DNA of 59,707 bases, filler included, from Asterionella formosa (taxonomy: Eukaryota), in NCBI GenBank assembly GCA_002256025.1. It is 8 parts of 8 records of this genome, joined end to end, with 100 filler letters (N's around TTAATTAATTAA, not from the genome) between each part and the next. Parts side by side here need not be neighbours in the genome. Positions count along the whole stretch, not along the records: positions 7,505 to 14,896 come from NKIB01012459.1; positions 14,997 to 22,381 come from NKIB01012461.1; positions 22,482 to 29,864 come from NKIB01012463.1; 5 more parts are not named here. One strand, written 5' to 3'. Below the pieces are notes generated by a model. The model had not been told where the DNA came from and ran no database searches. It was given only the letters and a program-made list of their open reading frames with translations. A program made the position numbers and the translations under genes. This document shows, piece after piece, positions 11,591 through 23,579 of the stretch (its first letter is position 1; every line of letters starts with the position of its first letter).

Positions 11591-12195
11591 TTTTATGTTA
11601 CCTATACCGTATTAGTATCGAGAAAGTGAAATCCAACAATGATGTCATTTTGGTATGACATGGGTTTCAACTGCTCGGTTCTCAGCGGCCGCTGATTCAT
11701 CTTGTTGTTTTTGCTCTGACTCGGTGGGTGTTGATTTCCATGCTTCGTCTGTACATACGGTAGGCAGTTACTAGTACCTGGTACCAGGTAGGTGATTGTT
11801 ATAATAGGTACACCATCGGTACATATGATGTCATGATACGCAAATTCCAGAACCTGGTATCTGGTACTCCCATGTACCTGGTATAAACAGTATGTATGTA
11901 TCTTATGATCTCATCCATGATTGTGCTTACCACCGTGGTACTTACTACAGCCGGTACAGTATAGTAGTAATACATACACGGTAATAAATTTCAAGATGAT
12001 ATCTAATTTTTTAAGAAACCATTTTAATATAAATATATAAATAAAATATCCTAGTTTTATTATTAATAATAATGTAGTAATAAGTATTGAAAAGACAGCC
12101 GCCCAACGCCACACTCTCGTCACATGAAGCAATCATCCTCATTTGCACCTCCTCCTCCTCCTCCCAACCACACTGTCATTTTTTTCCCAACCACC

Positions 12196-13356
12196 ATGGA
12201 AGACGAGTTATGGCAAGTCCAACGTGATGCTAACAAGGCTTTAGGTGACAGTGCCTTCCGTTCTGGACAGTATGCCGATGCGATTCATCATTACACAACT
12301 GCCTTGACGTTGGATCCAACTCACCACGTTTTATTGTCCAATCGATCTGCAGCGTTTTTGAAACAAAACGCCACATCCAAGGCACTTCATGATGCACAAG
12401 CATGTGTCAATGCTGCTCCATCGACCTTTGTGAAAGGACATTCGAGATTAGGAGCGGCATTGCAAGCGTTGGGACGATGGGGACCAGCCAAGGAGGCGTA
12501 TGAACATGTCTTGCGATTGGACAAAGACAATGCAGCGGCGACGCAGGGAGTGCAAGACTGCGAGAAGAAATTACAACAATTAGTGCAAATCCAACAACAG
12601 GAACAAGAACAAGAACAGCAAGTGCAACAAGAAAGCAAACCAAAGGATGAAACAGACCTTTTGGATGACTTCTTTGATGAACTCGAGACTGTGACAGCGG
12701 CCAAACCAACAGCGACGACAGATGAGGTAGTAGGAACAACAACAACATCTCTGTTGACCATTCATAAAAAGGATTTGGGAACAGCGCAATCTCAATCTCA
12801 ACGATTATTGGAAAAGAATTATAAATGGCGGAATTTGAATCCATTTTATGTTTTGGATCTGCCACCTACAGCCACCAAGGATGATATTGGACGACGGTAT
12901 AAGGCATTGTCCTTGTTGTTACATCCAGACAAGTGTTCTCTACCACCAGAAGCATATGATGAAGTACAACGAGCCAAAAAACAATTGTTAGATGATGATG
13001 ATAAACTAAGACATGTTCGAGCCTTGGCAGACGAAGGAATGAAAGCAGGAGCGACGTTGTTTCAGAAACAATCAAAGTCAATGACGACTATGAACACAGT
13101 GACGTTGTCATTAGAAGAATTGCAAACAAGAGAAACATTGCGAATATTTGCGGAAGTGGAAATGAAACGAAAAGAAGTAGAAGAACGAGAACGGAAATAT
13201 GAACAACGGGAACGAGATCAAGAAGAGAGTGAGCTCCACAAAGAAAAAAAGGAACGAGCCTTTGACAAGTCATGGCGACAAGAAGAACGAGTAGGAAAAC
13301 GTGTTGGGAATTGGAGGGATTTTGAAAAAAAGGCCAAGAAAAAGAGTAAAATATAG
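12196..13356 (+). CDS. TPR + J-domain protein (DNAJC8/SPF31-like C-terminal half)
   Basis: Three TPRs (KALGDSAF..Y.DAIHHYT.AL; LLSNRSAA; KGHSRLGAAL). J-domain NLNPFYVL...YKALSLLLHPDKC. Charged C-terminus ending RVGNWRDF, as in DNAJC8. ATG in CCACCATGG context at 12196. Confidence 0.85.
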   Translation: MEDELWQVQRDANKALGDSAFRSGQYADAIHHYTTALTLDPTHHVLLSNRSAAFLKQNATSKALHDAQACVNAAPSTFVKGHSRLGAALQALGRWGPAKEAYEHVLRLDKDNAAATQGVQDCEKKLQQLVQIQQQEQEQEQQVQQESKPKDETDLLDDFFDELETVTAAKPTATTDEVVGTTTTSLLTIHKKDLGTAQSQSQRLLEKNYKWRNLNPFYVLDLPPTATKDDIGRRYKALSLLLHPDKCSLPPEAYDEVQRAKKQLLDDDDKLRHVRALADEGMKAGATLFQKQSKSMTTMNTVTLSLEELQTRETLRIFAEVEMKRKEVEERERKYEQRERDQEESELHKEKKERAFDKSWRQEERVGKRVGNWRDFEKKAKKKSKI

Positions 13357-13436
13357 TTGTGTGCTGATGATGATTGATTGTGCATGACATGCGTAGTATA
13401 AATTTTTTGAAACAAATGGGTCAATTATATTTTTTT

Positions 13437-14891
13437 CTATTCAGACTTCTTCTTCTTGGCCTGAACTTGATAACATATTTGAATTGTTGGGAATGGGGTG
13501 CGCCGATATTGACTTTCTACTTCAGTGGCACCCACATATTCTGGATGAAGAAGTTCTATAAACATTGTTCCAGCAGTAATCTTTTTCAATACTGCATTGA
13601 CCGTAATAGCAAACCGTTTGAAACGCTGTGCATGGTAGGTATGGAATTTGGGGGCCACAAACATGGAGGTCATCATGGCGTGTTGTCGACGGTCGGAAAG
13701 AATATTGGTCCATGCCAATGGATCAATCGGAATAGACTCCCTTTGTTCCCATGCCACATGATCCGCATGCTGACCCAACAAGGACAATTCATGAATGGCC
13801 TTCCAAATGCTAGCATAGACTTGTTCTCCCATGGCGGAATCCGTCACTGTCCAGCGGTCCCCGCTGGTGGAAGCACTTAATAGTCGTTCATTGTTTCCCT
13901 CCATCCAATCCACTGTTTGTTGTCGTACAGCCTCTGGGGACAAGGTTTGTTCCAAATCAAGAAGAATGGGAGTATCTGCCGCTGCGGAGCGAAATAATAG
14001 CTCCAGGGTCCTTCGCCGCTCATGAATGTTGGGGATGTAATCTCCTTCCATGTCTCCATGGTACTCATAGGATGTGGTGGTCCGTTCGTCCTCCTCGGTA
14101 GCAGCAACCTCACCCAGTCGCGGTTTGGTGATTCGCTGCAATCCAGCCGTTGGAAATGGTGCATGTCTCGCAGGACTCATCATTTTGGGAGCATTCTTGT
14201 ATGTGGGATGAAAGAGCGTCAATGTCCATGTTCTTCCCAAGTGCGTACACAGCCCTTGAGAAATTTCCATGGCAGCCGTCAACATGGCCATGCGTTTGTA
14301 GTGGTACAACAACGGACAATCGGGAAAGACCAGCAAGGAAACTTCACTACGACTCCGTGGGCGCTCTGAGTCTGTATCGTTTTGCAAGACTGTCACGATG
14401 GTTTCCCAATAAGACGCCAAGCACCCAATGAGAGTATCAGATCGACACAGTGTCATTCCCAAGAGATTCTCGTAAAGTTCATCTCCATACGCCTGGCCCA
14501 CCAGGCCCGATCGGTCCGCCCAAAGGGAAACTTCATCTATGATCTCACTATCCGTCAAGTCCGACGCCGTAGCGGCATCGTGTCCTGTTAATAGCGCTTT
14601 CAAGGCGAAGGCTTTTTCTTCTGTGTACGTTCGGTTGGTCAGAAAAGACCTCCATTCTCCTTCTTCAGACGAAGGCAGAAAGTCCATTGTGGACCTTGAT
14701 ATATCGTCAAAGTAGCGTCGTTGCGTGCTACTGCCAGCACCAAGACCACTACAGCAACTGCTGCTAGATGGAGCATGTGTTCGTCGAACCATATAACGGA
14801 AGGACTGCATTTTACCGAAGGCTTTTGTCCTTTTGATGACAAGGAAATGGAAAACAAGTATGGACACGAATGCGGACAATAGAAGCTTCAT
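13437..14891 (-). CDS. Uncharacterised protein with two DUF1415-like modules and a probable bipartite targeting peptide
   Basis: 484-aa ORF. Signal peptide followed by KA-F. Two related motifs, LFHPTY...RHAPFPT and LLHPEY...RRTPFPT, resemble the FHPxY...RSPYP signature of DUF1415. Confidence 0.6.
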   Translation of the reverse strand: MKLLLSAFVSILVFHFLVIKRTKAFGKMQSFRYMVRRTHAPSSSSCCSGLGAGSSTQRRYFDDISRSTMDFLPSSEEGEWRSFLTNRTYTEEKAFALKALLTGHDAATASDLTDSEIIDEVSLWADRSGLVGQAYGDELYENLLGMTLCRSDTLIGCLASYWETIVTVLQNDTDSERPRSRSEVSLLVFPDCPLLYHYKRMAMLTAAMEISQGLCTHLGRTWTLTLFHPTYKNAPKMMSPARHAPFPTAGLQRITKPRLGEVAATEEDERTTTSYEYHGDMEGDYIPNIHERRRTLELLFRSAAADTPILLDLEQTLSPEAVRQQTVDWMEGNNERLLSASTSGDRWTVTDSAMGEQVYASIWKAIHELSLLGQHADHVAWEQRESIPIDPLAWTNILSDRRQHAMMTSMFVAPKFHTYHAQRFKRFAITVNAVLKKITAGTMFIELLHPEYVGATEVESQYRRTPFPTIQICYQVQAKKKKSE

Positions 14892-14896
14892 GATTG

Positions 14897-14996
14897 NNNN
14901 NNNNNNNNNNNNNNNNNNNNNNNNNNNNNNNNNNNNNNNNTTAATTAATTAANNNNNNNNNNNNNNNNNNNNNNNNNNNNNNNNNNNNNNNNNNNN
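14897..14996. other. Artificial contig-joining linker
   Basis: N44-TTAATTAATTAA-N44. Confidence 0.99.
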
Positions 14997-15412
14997 CATG
15001 TGAACGATTACAAGATAGATCAAATAAGCTCACAATAAGGTGGGATTAGAACAGAAGGTTTTAATACACTGAGCTTGTCTAGAAAGAGCTAGCATTGCAG
15101 TCAGACTGCAGAAGAATTTAACATACCAGTAGTACCGTGCACAAGCTAGCGACAATGATCAAACGGTACCTGGTACCGTTGCTGCTTGCTTCATCGTGTA
15201 TTTTCCTTCTGCATAATAATATGCATGTAGCTCATGGCGGTAATACTGCCGGTATACCAGGTACCAGGTACTGGTACCGGGAATACGACTCTATTCCATT
15301 TTATGGGTACCGGCGTTTCCATTCTATACTGTCAACATGCCGGAAATGAAGTGAAGACAAGCAATGAATGTAGCTAATGTAAAAAATCATGCATGCTAGT
15401 AAATGTAATTAT

Positions 15413-16761
15413 TTAAATGCGAAGCTGTGGATGACTAGCACCAGTGCAATGATCTCGCATCATTTGATTGACAATCTGTGTTACTGTTTTATCTTGACCA
15501 TAGACCTCATATATTTTGTCAATTGCAGGCAGTATGAGCAGTGAATCCAGCTCGAACTAAGGCAGCCACAGTATCCCACACAACCCGGCGCCGACAATAC
15601 TGTACCTTGACTCTTCCCCTCTCAACCCTTGTAAATAGTCTAGCTGCCTTTCGTCCCCCAATTCCAACTTCGAATTCCTGCCAAAGAACAAATAGTGTCT
15701 TTGGTGCCTTGGAAAGGCTACTGACATAATTGCTACCTCCATCCTCCACATCCATCATGTCTGGATCAGATGTAGCATCAACTTGTTCATTATTGCTTGC
15801 ATTGCATACCACATTTGCGGTGCTGGCAGCTGCCGAAGTTTGGTTACCTGCTGCTAATCTTTGTGATGGCATCCGTGACATTCTTGAAAGGGTAGTTTGC
15901 ATCTTTTTTATCTCCTTCATAACTGTAACCTGGTTGTATCCCACTTGTGCCTGTAACTGTATCATTCCATGTTGTGTCTCCCTCTGCTGGGAGTATAGCC
16001 CAAGGATCTCGTTTCGACTATGCCCAGCAGCTCGAGCTTGTTGTCCACCTGGTCCTTCACCTGTGGTTGTTGTTTTTGTTGTGTAGATTGAAGACATTGA
16101 ACCGATAAGGACTTGCTTTGGTGCCTCACGCTCCTCTTTCACATTCTTTGACCAGCAGAGCTCAGCTGCCAATGTAAAGGGGAAAGCGCCGGTTGCTTGT
16201 CAAATTTTCTTTCAAGAATTTGCAACAATCGTCAATGCGTCCAATCATGTGGAACTGGAAGGTGCATAGAGCAGGCATTTGAAATCATCGTAGAATGTCA
16301 GGGTATTTTCGTAATAAATTCAATGTCGAAGCAAACTCTTCTGCCTCTAGTGGTCGCACTGCTGATGTTGCCTTTCCTTGTTTTCGAACTTCCTTTTTCT
16401 TGACTGCTTTGATCAGGTCTATGATGGGTTGAGACCTTGTTGGGTTGCCAGAATTTGTCATGGGATTCCAGGAGGCAAGTCTGTAAGGAATCAAATATGA
16501 CAAGGCCTTCTTGTAATAATCCAGGGAACTCGAACGTCCAAGTGTTGGATTGTCATCATGTCCAGGGTCAGGACTGCCATACACCTTGTTTGCCATCCAT
16601 TTGTATAAATCCTCAGGCATAATCTCACCTAGCTGCTCATCACTAAACTCATAGCCATTTTCATATGTTGTGCCATCTTTGTAGGACATCATAGACACTA
16701 GGATACTCCTGTAGGCACTAACTTGCTGTGGCTCATTGACTCTTTTCATTGTGGTGTTCAT
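15413..16761 (-). mobile_element. Crypton-like (tyrosine recombinase) transposon relic, internally deleted
   Basis: N-terminal motifs YKKALSY, GNPTRS..IDLIKAVKKKEVRKQG..SAVRP, then after a stop FQFHMIGRIDDC (Box I-like Arg) and WSKNVKEEREAPKQ. C-terminal LSKAPKTLFVLWQEFEVGIGGRKAA..FTRVERG..KVQYCRRRVVWD is GCR1_C-like. One stop at 16285-16287 and frameshifts near 16175 and 15525. The HxxR/Tyr catalytic part is absent. Confidence 0.65.
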
Positions 16762-18703
16762 CCTAATTTCGTTATTTTAGTATTCACTCCCACCATCAAT
16801 CATCATGGTGATGGGTTTAATTTGTAGCAGCATAGAAGTACTGGAGTAGTATTAGCTAGTACTACATGTAGTACATTCCTACAAGGTTTAATTAAACCAA
16901 AAAAATAAACCCCCAGTTAAACCGGGTTTAATTTTTCTACTGGCAAATACTGTTGTAACACGGTGCTTCCACTAGTATTTTCAGATCAATACCGTGACGG
17001 TATTAAAATGACCCAGTAGACACATAGCAGAGGCCTACAGGAAAATACAACTTGGGTTTAATTTTACCGATTACGGTAATGTATGTTCTGAGTCGTAGTA
17101 GTCTAGAATTAGGTGAACCCGACCTCGATTTTTTTGGCGCGTTTTTCGTATACAGAATCGCGCACCAATTGGAATGTTTGCTCTGGACACCCCCCCCCCC
17201 CTTTTTTTTCGTTGACCCTTCATTAGTCAATAGACATAGAAGAGGAATATAACACCACTCAGAACAGTGAAAATACACCATGGCCAATTGCTCATTTCAC
17301 AACCTCAAAAGGGAGCAGGCTGATGAGACCGTCGACATGCATGGCCACCAGCTCGGCATAAATCTGGACACCATGCACAAAACTTTAGCTTTATTATTCG
17401 AAATCTGTAAAACAAAATATTTTTTGTCCAGAAATGCATGCTCATTATTTTATTTGGGTAATTCGGTTTGGCAGTAATTGCTGATATTACACAAATATAT
17501 GCAGGTCAGTACGCTGGCCAATGAAAATCAATAGCCCTAAATGATCCACATGTATAGCTATTTAGCGATTTACTCGCCTTAATATACTAATCTAACCGAT
17601 GCACTTGTTGCCTGAATTGTCTCATGTATGATCGGTGCTCAAACCCTTGACTCTCTGAAAACGGAAGATAAGTATAAAATCATATTGCTGTTCAATTGCG
17701 CTTCTGACATTCAAAGTTGACATGTGAACAAAAGACAAGAAAAACAATCAACCAAATTACTATGATGTAAGAAACCGCACATGTTCTTGTGCAATTTCGT
17801 ACCAAGTTTGTAGCGTCTGTGTGTATTGATTAACATGAAATATATTTCAACAATGACAGATATGTACATAGGATTTCGACATTATTCATATCCCTCTTCC
17901 CTACATGCAGATGCGAGAATGAGGATCAAGACCCTGTCACCTATCAATCAACCATGAAAGCAGAGGTAAGCTTTATGCTCATTGCTGCTCATATGTCTAT
18001 CAGAGCAGGAAGTTTCATGATTGTTTTGCTTCTCATATGTTTATAAAAGAAACCTTGCTTGTCCATGATTCTTTTCCTTTTAAGTTTGTGTAGAGAAAGT
18101 GATTCTCTACAGAAGTTACGACGCTGCCTTGGTGCACATGCGTGTAAAGAGGAGCGCTTGTAATCATTAATTATGTGAACATTTCGTTGTGCATATGTGG
18201 AGATCGTTTACTTATTGCAACACTTTCGCTAACATTGTTCTATCTCCTACAGGAAAATTATAAATTAAGGTTAGAGAATGTGAGTTTGCTGTCATTTTTA
18301 ATGGTGGAATTTGAATGTAACATCAAAAACCGTCTTTTACCAGACCTTCCAGGTACCATTTACCAGGAGGTACTAGTACTACTGGTGCCTGTAGTTGAAT
18401 TGGCTGTCGTCTTGTGTTTTTTGGTTTGCTATTCTACAGTATCCTCAAGAAATATTTGCTGAGCTGCCATGTTATATGTACATAATTGTTGATTGTAGTA
18501 TAGGGTATAAATACATTCAGTAATGAAGAATGCTGTATACATGTATATTTAGCAAATTCGAAGATGAATCTATGTATGTCCACGCAAATTTCCACTGATA
18601 TGAATATCTCAAACGGAATCATTGTTATCCATATTTACGTATAATAATCATTTTACAGCGTATTCTCACTATTCTATTTCTAGAGTTGCCATCGTTGTGC
18701 TCG

Positions 18704-18855
18704 ATGGCCCATATAAGGTGGGCGGTGGAAAGGTTTGGGTGGTAGTCACTGCCTTGTGTTGAAGAAGTCAAAAAATTGGCAGCTTCAATCTTGGTCCAGT
18801 TCTTGATGACTGCCCTTTTCATGCCAGCCGGAGAATTGGATGGTGAGTGCTGTGG
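18704..18855. repeat. Unclassified dispersed repeat (copy also at about 23728-23888)
   Basis: Aligns by eye with contig 4: atggcc.at.taaggtggg...gtggaaaggttt(t)gggtggta.tcact.cct..tgt.gaag...tcttgg...atgactgc.ctt...catg.cagcc.gagaattg. Confidence 0.75.
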
Positions 18856-20012
18856 ATTGGGTTAAAGGTTTCCATTTTGGCACATCTGGTGGTTCTATTT
18901 GAAGTATCCATAACAATTGGTGATTCCAGAGCTTCCAACTCATTGTTTTTTCATCTTTGTCTTCATTGTCTTAGTCCAGTTCTGGAGTAATTTTTTCATC
19001 AGTGTCTTCTCTCTTTCTATATCTGCTTCTCTGTTCTTGTCAATGTTTAGCACTTCGCTATTCTTGTATTCTTCTTCTTACGCTGTACTAGCGCTCACTG
19101 TCATGAAAAAGGGGTTAAACTTCTTCTTTTTCTTTTCACTTGCTGTTTCTTTGCATGGTTATTCTTCTGTTTGCGTTGTGTTGATACCATTGCCATGAAT
19201 TCCTCAATTAAAGTGTTTGCGTCAAACACCAAATTGACATCCATGCAAACGCCATTTTTTACTGCTCCTGCAAATCTCTGCTTTTCCATTTCCTACTCTT
19301 TCTGTATTTTCTTTCTATCGGATTTCATTACTGTCTTATGGTTCTGTCATACATTAATAATTTTTTCTTTCTTTGCTTGGCTGGCCGCTTGGAAGCACGC
19401 CTTTTGTCATGGTGAATCAGTTGTTTTTGGGAATTATTAACTATTTGGACCTGGAGGTCCCTGCAGCTTGAATACCACTAAATTCTTTGATCAGTGTTGT
19501 GGTACTGTGTTATTCTTTCATAAACTCGCCTTTCTTGGCAAATAAGTAGAACTATTATATTACTTATGAGTACAAGGTAAAAAATATTGTTATCCATAAT
19601 TAGTACATAAACATTCCCAGATCCAGGGAATTTCAGAAACCCTAAGCAATTTTTTTTCCTAGTGTTTCAAATGCAAGACCTACGCAAAATTAAAGAGAAT
19701 GGGAGAGGTGAAGCATGATGGTGCACACGCACTTGCCTCTACTCACTAGCAATGGGTTACCAAGTACTTAGCTTGTAGATGTTTGCTCTCTTTCTCTTAC
19801 TTGGAATCATCTAGACAGATTAGGTGCTTGCTCCTTTTTTTGGACAGTTCATTCTTGCCTAGATTTTAAAGAACGAATCGATTTCACCAAATTTTGCTTC
19901 CCTAAACTAAATGATCATGCTTTCTATATTTCAGTAACTACACAGAGCCGCACTCAAATCTTGAACATAACTTGTACCAGGCAATGGCCAACCAGTAGGC
20001 AAGGCAACTTCG

Positions 20013-21805
20013 TTAATATCGTCGTTTTCGACCAGCGGCAGCATGAATTCCAGATTCAAACATGCCGAAGACAGTGAATGTGCCCCCGACAATAGCCATC
20101 AATGATGTCAAATAATCATACCAGCGCCGAGATGTCTTCTTGTATGCCACTGATATAGGAGAAAGGTCGTAGATGAACTTTGCTTCCGGTACGATATCAT
20201 TTCGATAAAAGGCAAGCTGTGAACTTCCCAAAATTTGATAGGCCTTTAGGCCTTTCTGGTGTTTGTTCATCATCTCATCGACATTGGTCGTCACAACCTT
20301 TAGATAGTGATGGTATGCCTCGTGCAAATCTTGAGTTAAATAAATGTTTCCGTTCATGGGTGTCATCTTGGATTTGACATTGTCTGGGACATAAATTTGG
20401 CCACTGTCGACCAGTCGTTGCAGAAATGGTTCTCCGATGCTTAAATGATGAATGATGTGAGAAACATTGGTCATATGCGGGGCGAGATCATGATGAGCCG
20501 ACCTAGCTTGAATGTGAAAGTTCCCCGGCACACGATCTACCATGATATGCCCAGATAACTGACAACCAGGGTGATCTTCGTCTTTCCAGTGTGTTCGTGT
20601 ACGAAGCTTCTGTCGTTGCAAGTTATCAGACCATTGCTTCTCTTCATCCGAAAAGTTCATTCTATCCTTCGCTACGTCAGACATAACAGCCATTTTTTCT
20701 TTGATCCCTCTCATATGCTTTTCTTCTTGTGACGAGAGCCATTGCACCATTTCCATGACAGTTCGGTGACCTCGGTATTCGCCCTCCAGTCGGCCCCCGA
20801 CAATGAGTTGCAAGGATGGGTACGCACGAATATTGTATGTCCTACAAAGCTCTTGGTGTAGAACGCAGTCAACTTTCGCAATCATAACAGGCTTCTCCAT
20901 CTTCTTCGCTTCTTGAAAGTCAGCATCTGTCCACTGATGTTCGGACTTCGTCATTTCCTCTGCGACCGTGGCTGCAGCTGCGGTATCCATGACTTCTGCA
21001 AGTGTTTCCCAAGTAGGAGCCAAATCACGACAATGAGAGCACCAGGAAGCATCTGCAGAATGTAACTTTATGTTAGCTGCTTAAAAAGTGCAGTCCGACG
21101 CGAACATTTGTTCATGCTCGAAACTTACAGAAATCAACAAAAAGGTACTCGTTTTCATTCTTGGCAAACTCTAAGGTCGTGGCGTCCAAACTAACGGCAT
21201 CTTCGCCATTTTCGTGCAGTTCTTCGATAGATCCGAGCACTTTATCATCTTTTAGCATCAAAATGTCGTGTTGCTGACGATTTCTTCCCTGGAATCGCTG
21301 CCTCACCCCTTGCGCATCAAGGTGCCATTTGTTGATATTTGAGGTCACATTTTGATCCGTTCCTAGAACGCTAACCACATCGACTTTAATTTGGAAGATT
21401 GGGTGAGTGCAATAGTTTAGACACAACGGACCCGCGAAGGGATTGAACAACAAAGAACAAAAGGAAACGTACCGACAGCGAACTCGCATTTAAGATCACA
21501 CATTGTTATGTTAAAATTTACACGAACTCGAGGATCCTTGTTGCTATCTAGCGCAAGATCCACTATCCATCTTCAAAATTCCAAAGAAGAAACCAGTAAA
21601 GAACATGAGCGGGGTATGCAGGTAGGTGTCCAAAAGTGATATGACTGTTAACTCACCGACTGCCAAGGAAGGAACTTGTTTCGAGAAGGACAAGTGTTCC
21701 CATTATAAAGACAGCCATGTAACTCATAATTGAACCCCTTCGAGTTCCTTCGAGAAGGTCAGTTGGTACCTTGCGGTACATGTCTAGATCGGCAAAGGAG
21801 CGCAT
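20013..21805 (-). CDS. PDI-C type protein (ERGIC_N + thioredoxin + COPII-coated vesicle Erv41/46 domain; PDIL5-3/5-4-like), 4 exons
   Basis: Exons 21805-21657, 21570-21473, 21383-21129 and 21052-20013 with GT-AG introns that splice in frame. Motifs DMYRKVPTDL, VNFNITM, FYASWCSHC (CxxC), GCQLSGHIMVDRVPGNFHI, YDLSPISV and LMAIVGGTFTV. Confidence 0.92.
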
Positions 21806-22381
21806 GATGGCCGACGAATTCTCTATTTAGTGCACAGGGTCCATCGTTTATCATATGGAACAGATAGAAGGATTGATTCATGCATACTGCCTACTTCTGA
21901 TCATGTCATACATACAAAAGTGGTGGCACAACACAGTGAGACTCCTGTCTTAGTAGATCGCTGCTCGCATATGTACCACCTGTACATCATACATAAAAGG
22001 TAGAAGAAGATAACGAGCGTATTAATTAATTAACTAACTACAAAATATAAACATACCGGTAGTCTACCCGCAAGTTGCGGAAAATTAGCCGAAATCACGG
22101 TTTGGACAACGCGGATAGTGTAGAAGCTGTGGTGACAAGCAAGAATTCCATTATCCACTCAGCCATCCTCGAAAAGGAACCTTGATTTCTCAGAATCTAG
22201 GACCCACAACTGCAAGTGGCTGGGGCAAATGCAACATCTTCTAGTCCAGCCTACTAATATTAGTTCATTCCCTAGTAGAGCAATAAGACACGTCTCGAAC
22301 TTTGTCGGAATTGATTGCTGACCTTGCTTAAGAGGAGAAAATGCCAATGGTAAAAACAAATGCGAGCTTCAGAATATTTTT

Positions 22382-22481
22382 NNNNNNNNNNNNNNNNNNN
22401 NNNNNNNNNNNNNNNNNNNNNNNNNTTAATTAATTAANNNNNNNNNNNNNNNNNNNNNNNNNNNNNNNNNNNNNNNNNNNN
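22382..22481. other. Artificial contig-joining linker
   Basis: N44-TTAATTAATTAA-N44. Confidence 0.99.
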
Positions 22482-23499
22482 ACGTTGAGGACCATGAACA
22501 TACCGTATGTGTGCGTAGAGCCAACAAGCAAGATGAGCGAATTGATGAGAGGAAATTGCATGTATTCACATAATATCGAGAAACCTCATATAGAGACACA
22601 CATGTAATCGAATTATACGTATATCAATAGAAGGGAATTCGGAGTATATGATACACTGGTTAGAAGCAAGCGGTTTGGCAGACATGAAATAACCTTCATA
22701 TCACAAATACATACAGGGTAGTTACTAATTGAAGGTGTTTTCTACCCAAAACTTATACGTACATTCGTATGTATGTACAGTTTCCATCTTGCCAGATACC
22801 CGGTACTCCGACGAACTCATTTCTAATTGTACTGGTGTGGACCGTATGAATGATATGGCGGTACATGTAAATAACTTTTAGTATTTGAGAAAGGCAGAGG
22901 CGTTGAGCCGTTGAATTCAAGGAGTTACTACCGGCAGGTGTCTATCACGACTATACATACATAGTGCGAGGGAAATACCGGTAGGAGAACCGGGGTACGA
23001 AAGCAGGTTACCAGGCAGGAGTACCAGATACCTGTATGTACTCCGAGTACCTGCGAGGTGCGGTCATTTCCTGAAACAGAAAACGTGTGGCAGGACAGGC
23101 GCATGCGTACATCATAAGTAGGTGAAACGTCATCAATTTATGCTTTGAAATATTTTGTTAACTTCATTCTTTCAAGCATGAAAACGTGCGCAAATGGCTA
23201 GAAAAAAGAAAACTAAAATGACCAGTAAGCAATTACAGGTGCTTACTTACTTTGCTTTACTTTATGATATGCTCCTAAATCAAAATCGTTCTCCTTTTCC
23301 AGCCAAAGTGATGAAAGCAGCCAATAATGAACGGTTCTAAAGGTGTTCTTAGGCTTTGCATATGCTTATTCCAGCTTCATACATACAAACTACTGGTACC
23401 TGATATATACTATGTATGAATAATTTTTATAGCTTATTTGTTATACTTATCTATTTCTAGATTTGCCATCTTTGCAGTCTATGGCCAATAGTATAACAT

Positions 23500-23579
23500 G
23501 GAGAATGGAGGATGGCTTAGTGGTTAGCACACCATCTGCAGTCGTGGGTTCGATTCCTGCATTGTCCACCTGAATTTTT
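23500..23579 (+). pseudogene. tRNA-derived sequence (pseudo-tRNA or SINE head)
   Basis: A box TGGCTTAGTGG (23513-23523), B box GGTTCGATTCC (23547-23557), partial acceptor pairing (TGGAGAAT/ATTGTCCA) and a T5 run at 23575-23579. The spacing leaves no room for a proper anticodon arm. Confidence 0.7.

Noticed and set aside
2648..14857. Many short ORFs overlapping the long genes on the opposite strand or in other frames
   Set aside because: These are shadow ORFs of real genes or translations of trinucleotide tracts, with no independent motifs.
18917..19440. Hydrophobic Phe-rich ORFs resembling membrane proteins
   Set aside because: They are the antisense of a decayed Lys/Glu-rich reading frame; no family is recognisable.
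23500..23579. Functional tRNA gene
   Set aside because: No anticodon stem-loop can be formed and the stems are imperfect; kept only as tRNA-derived.
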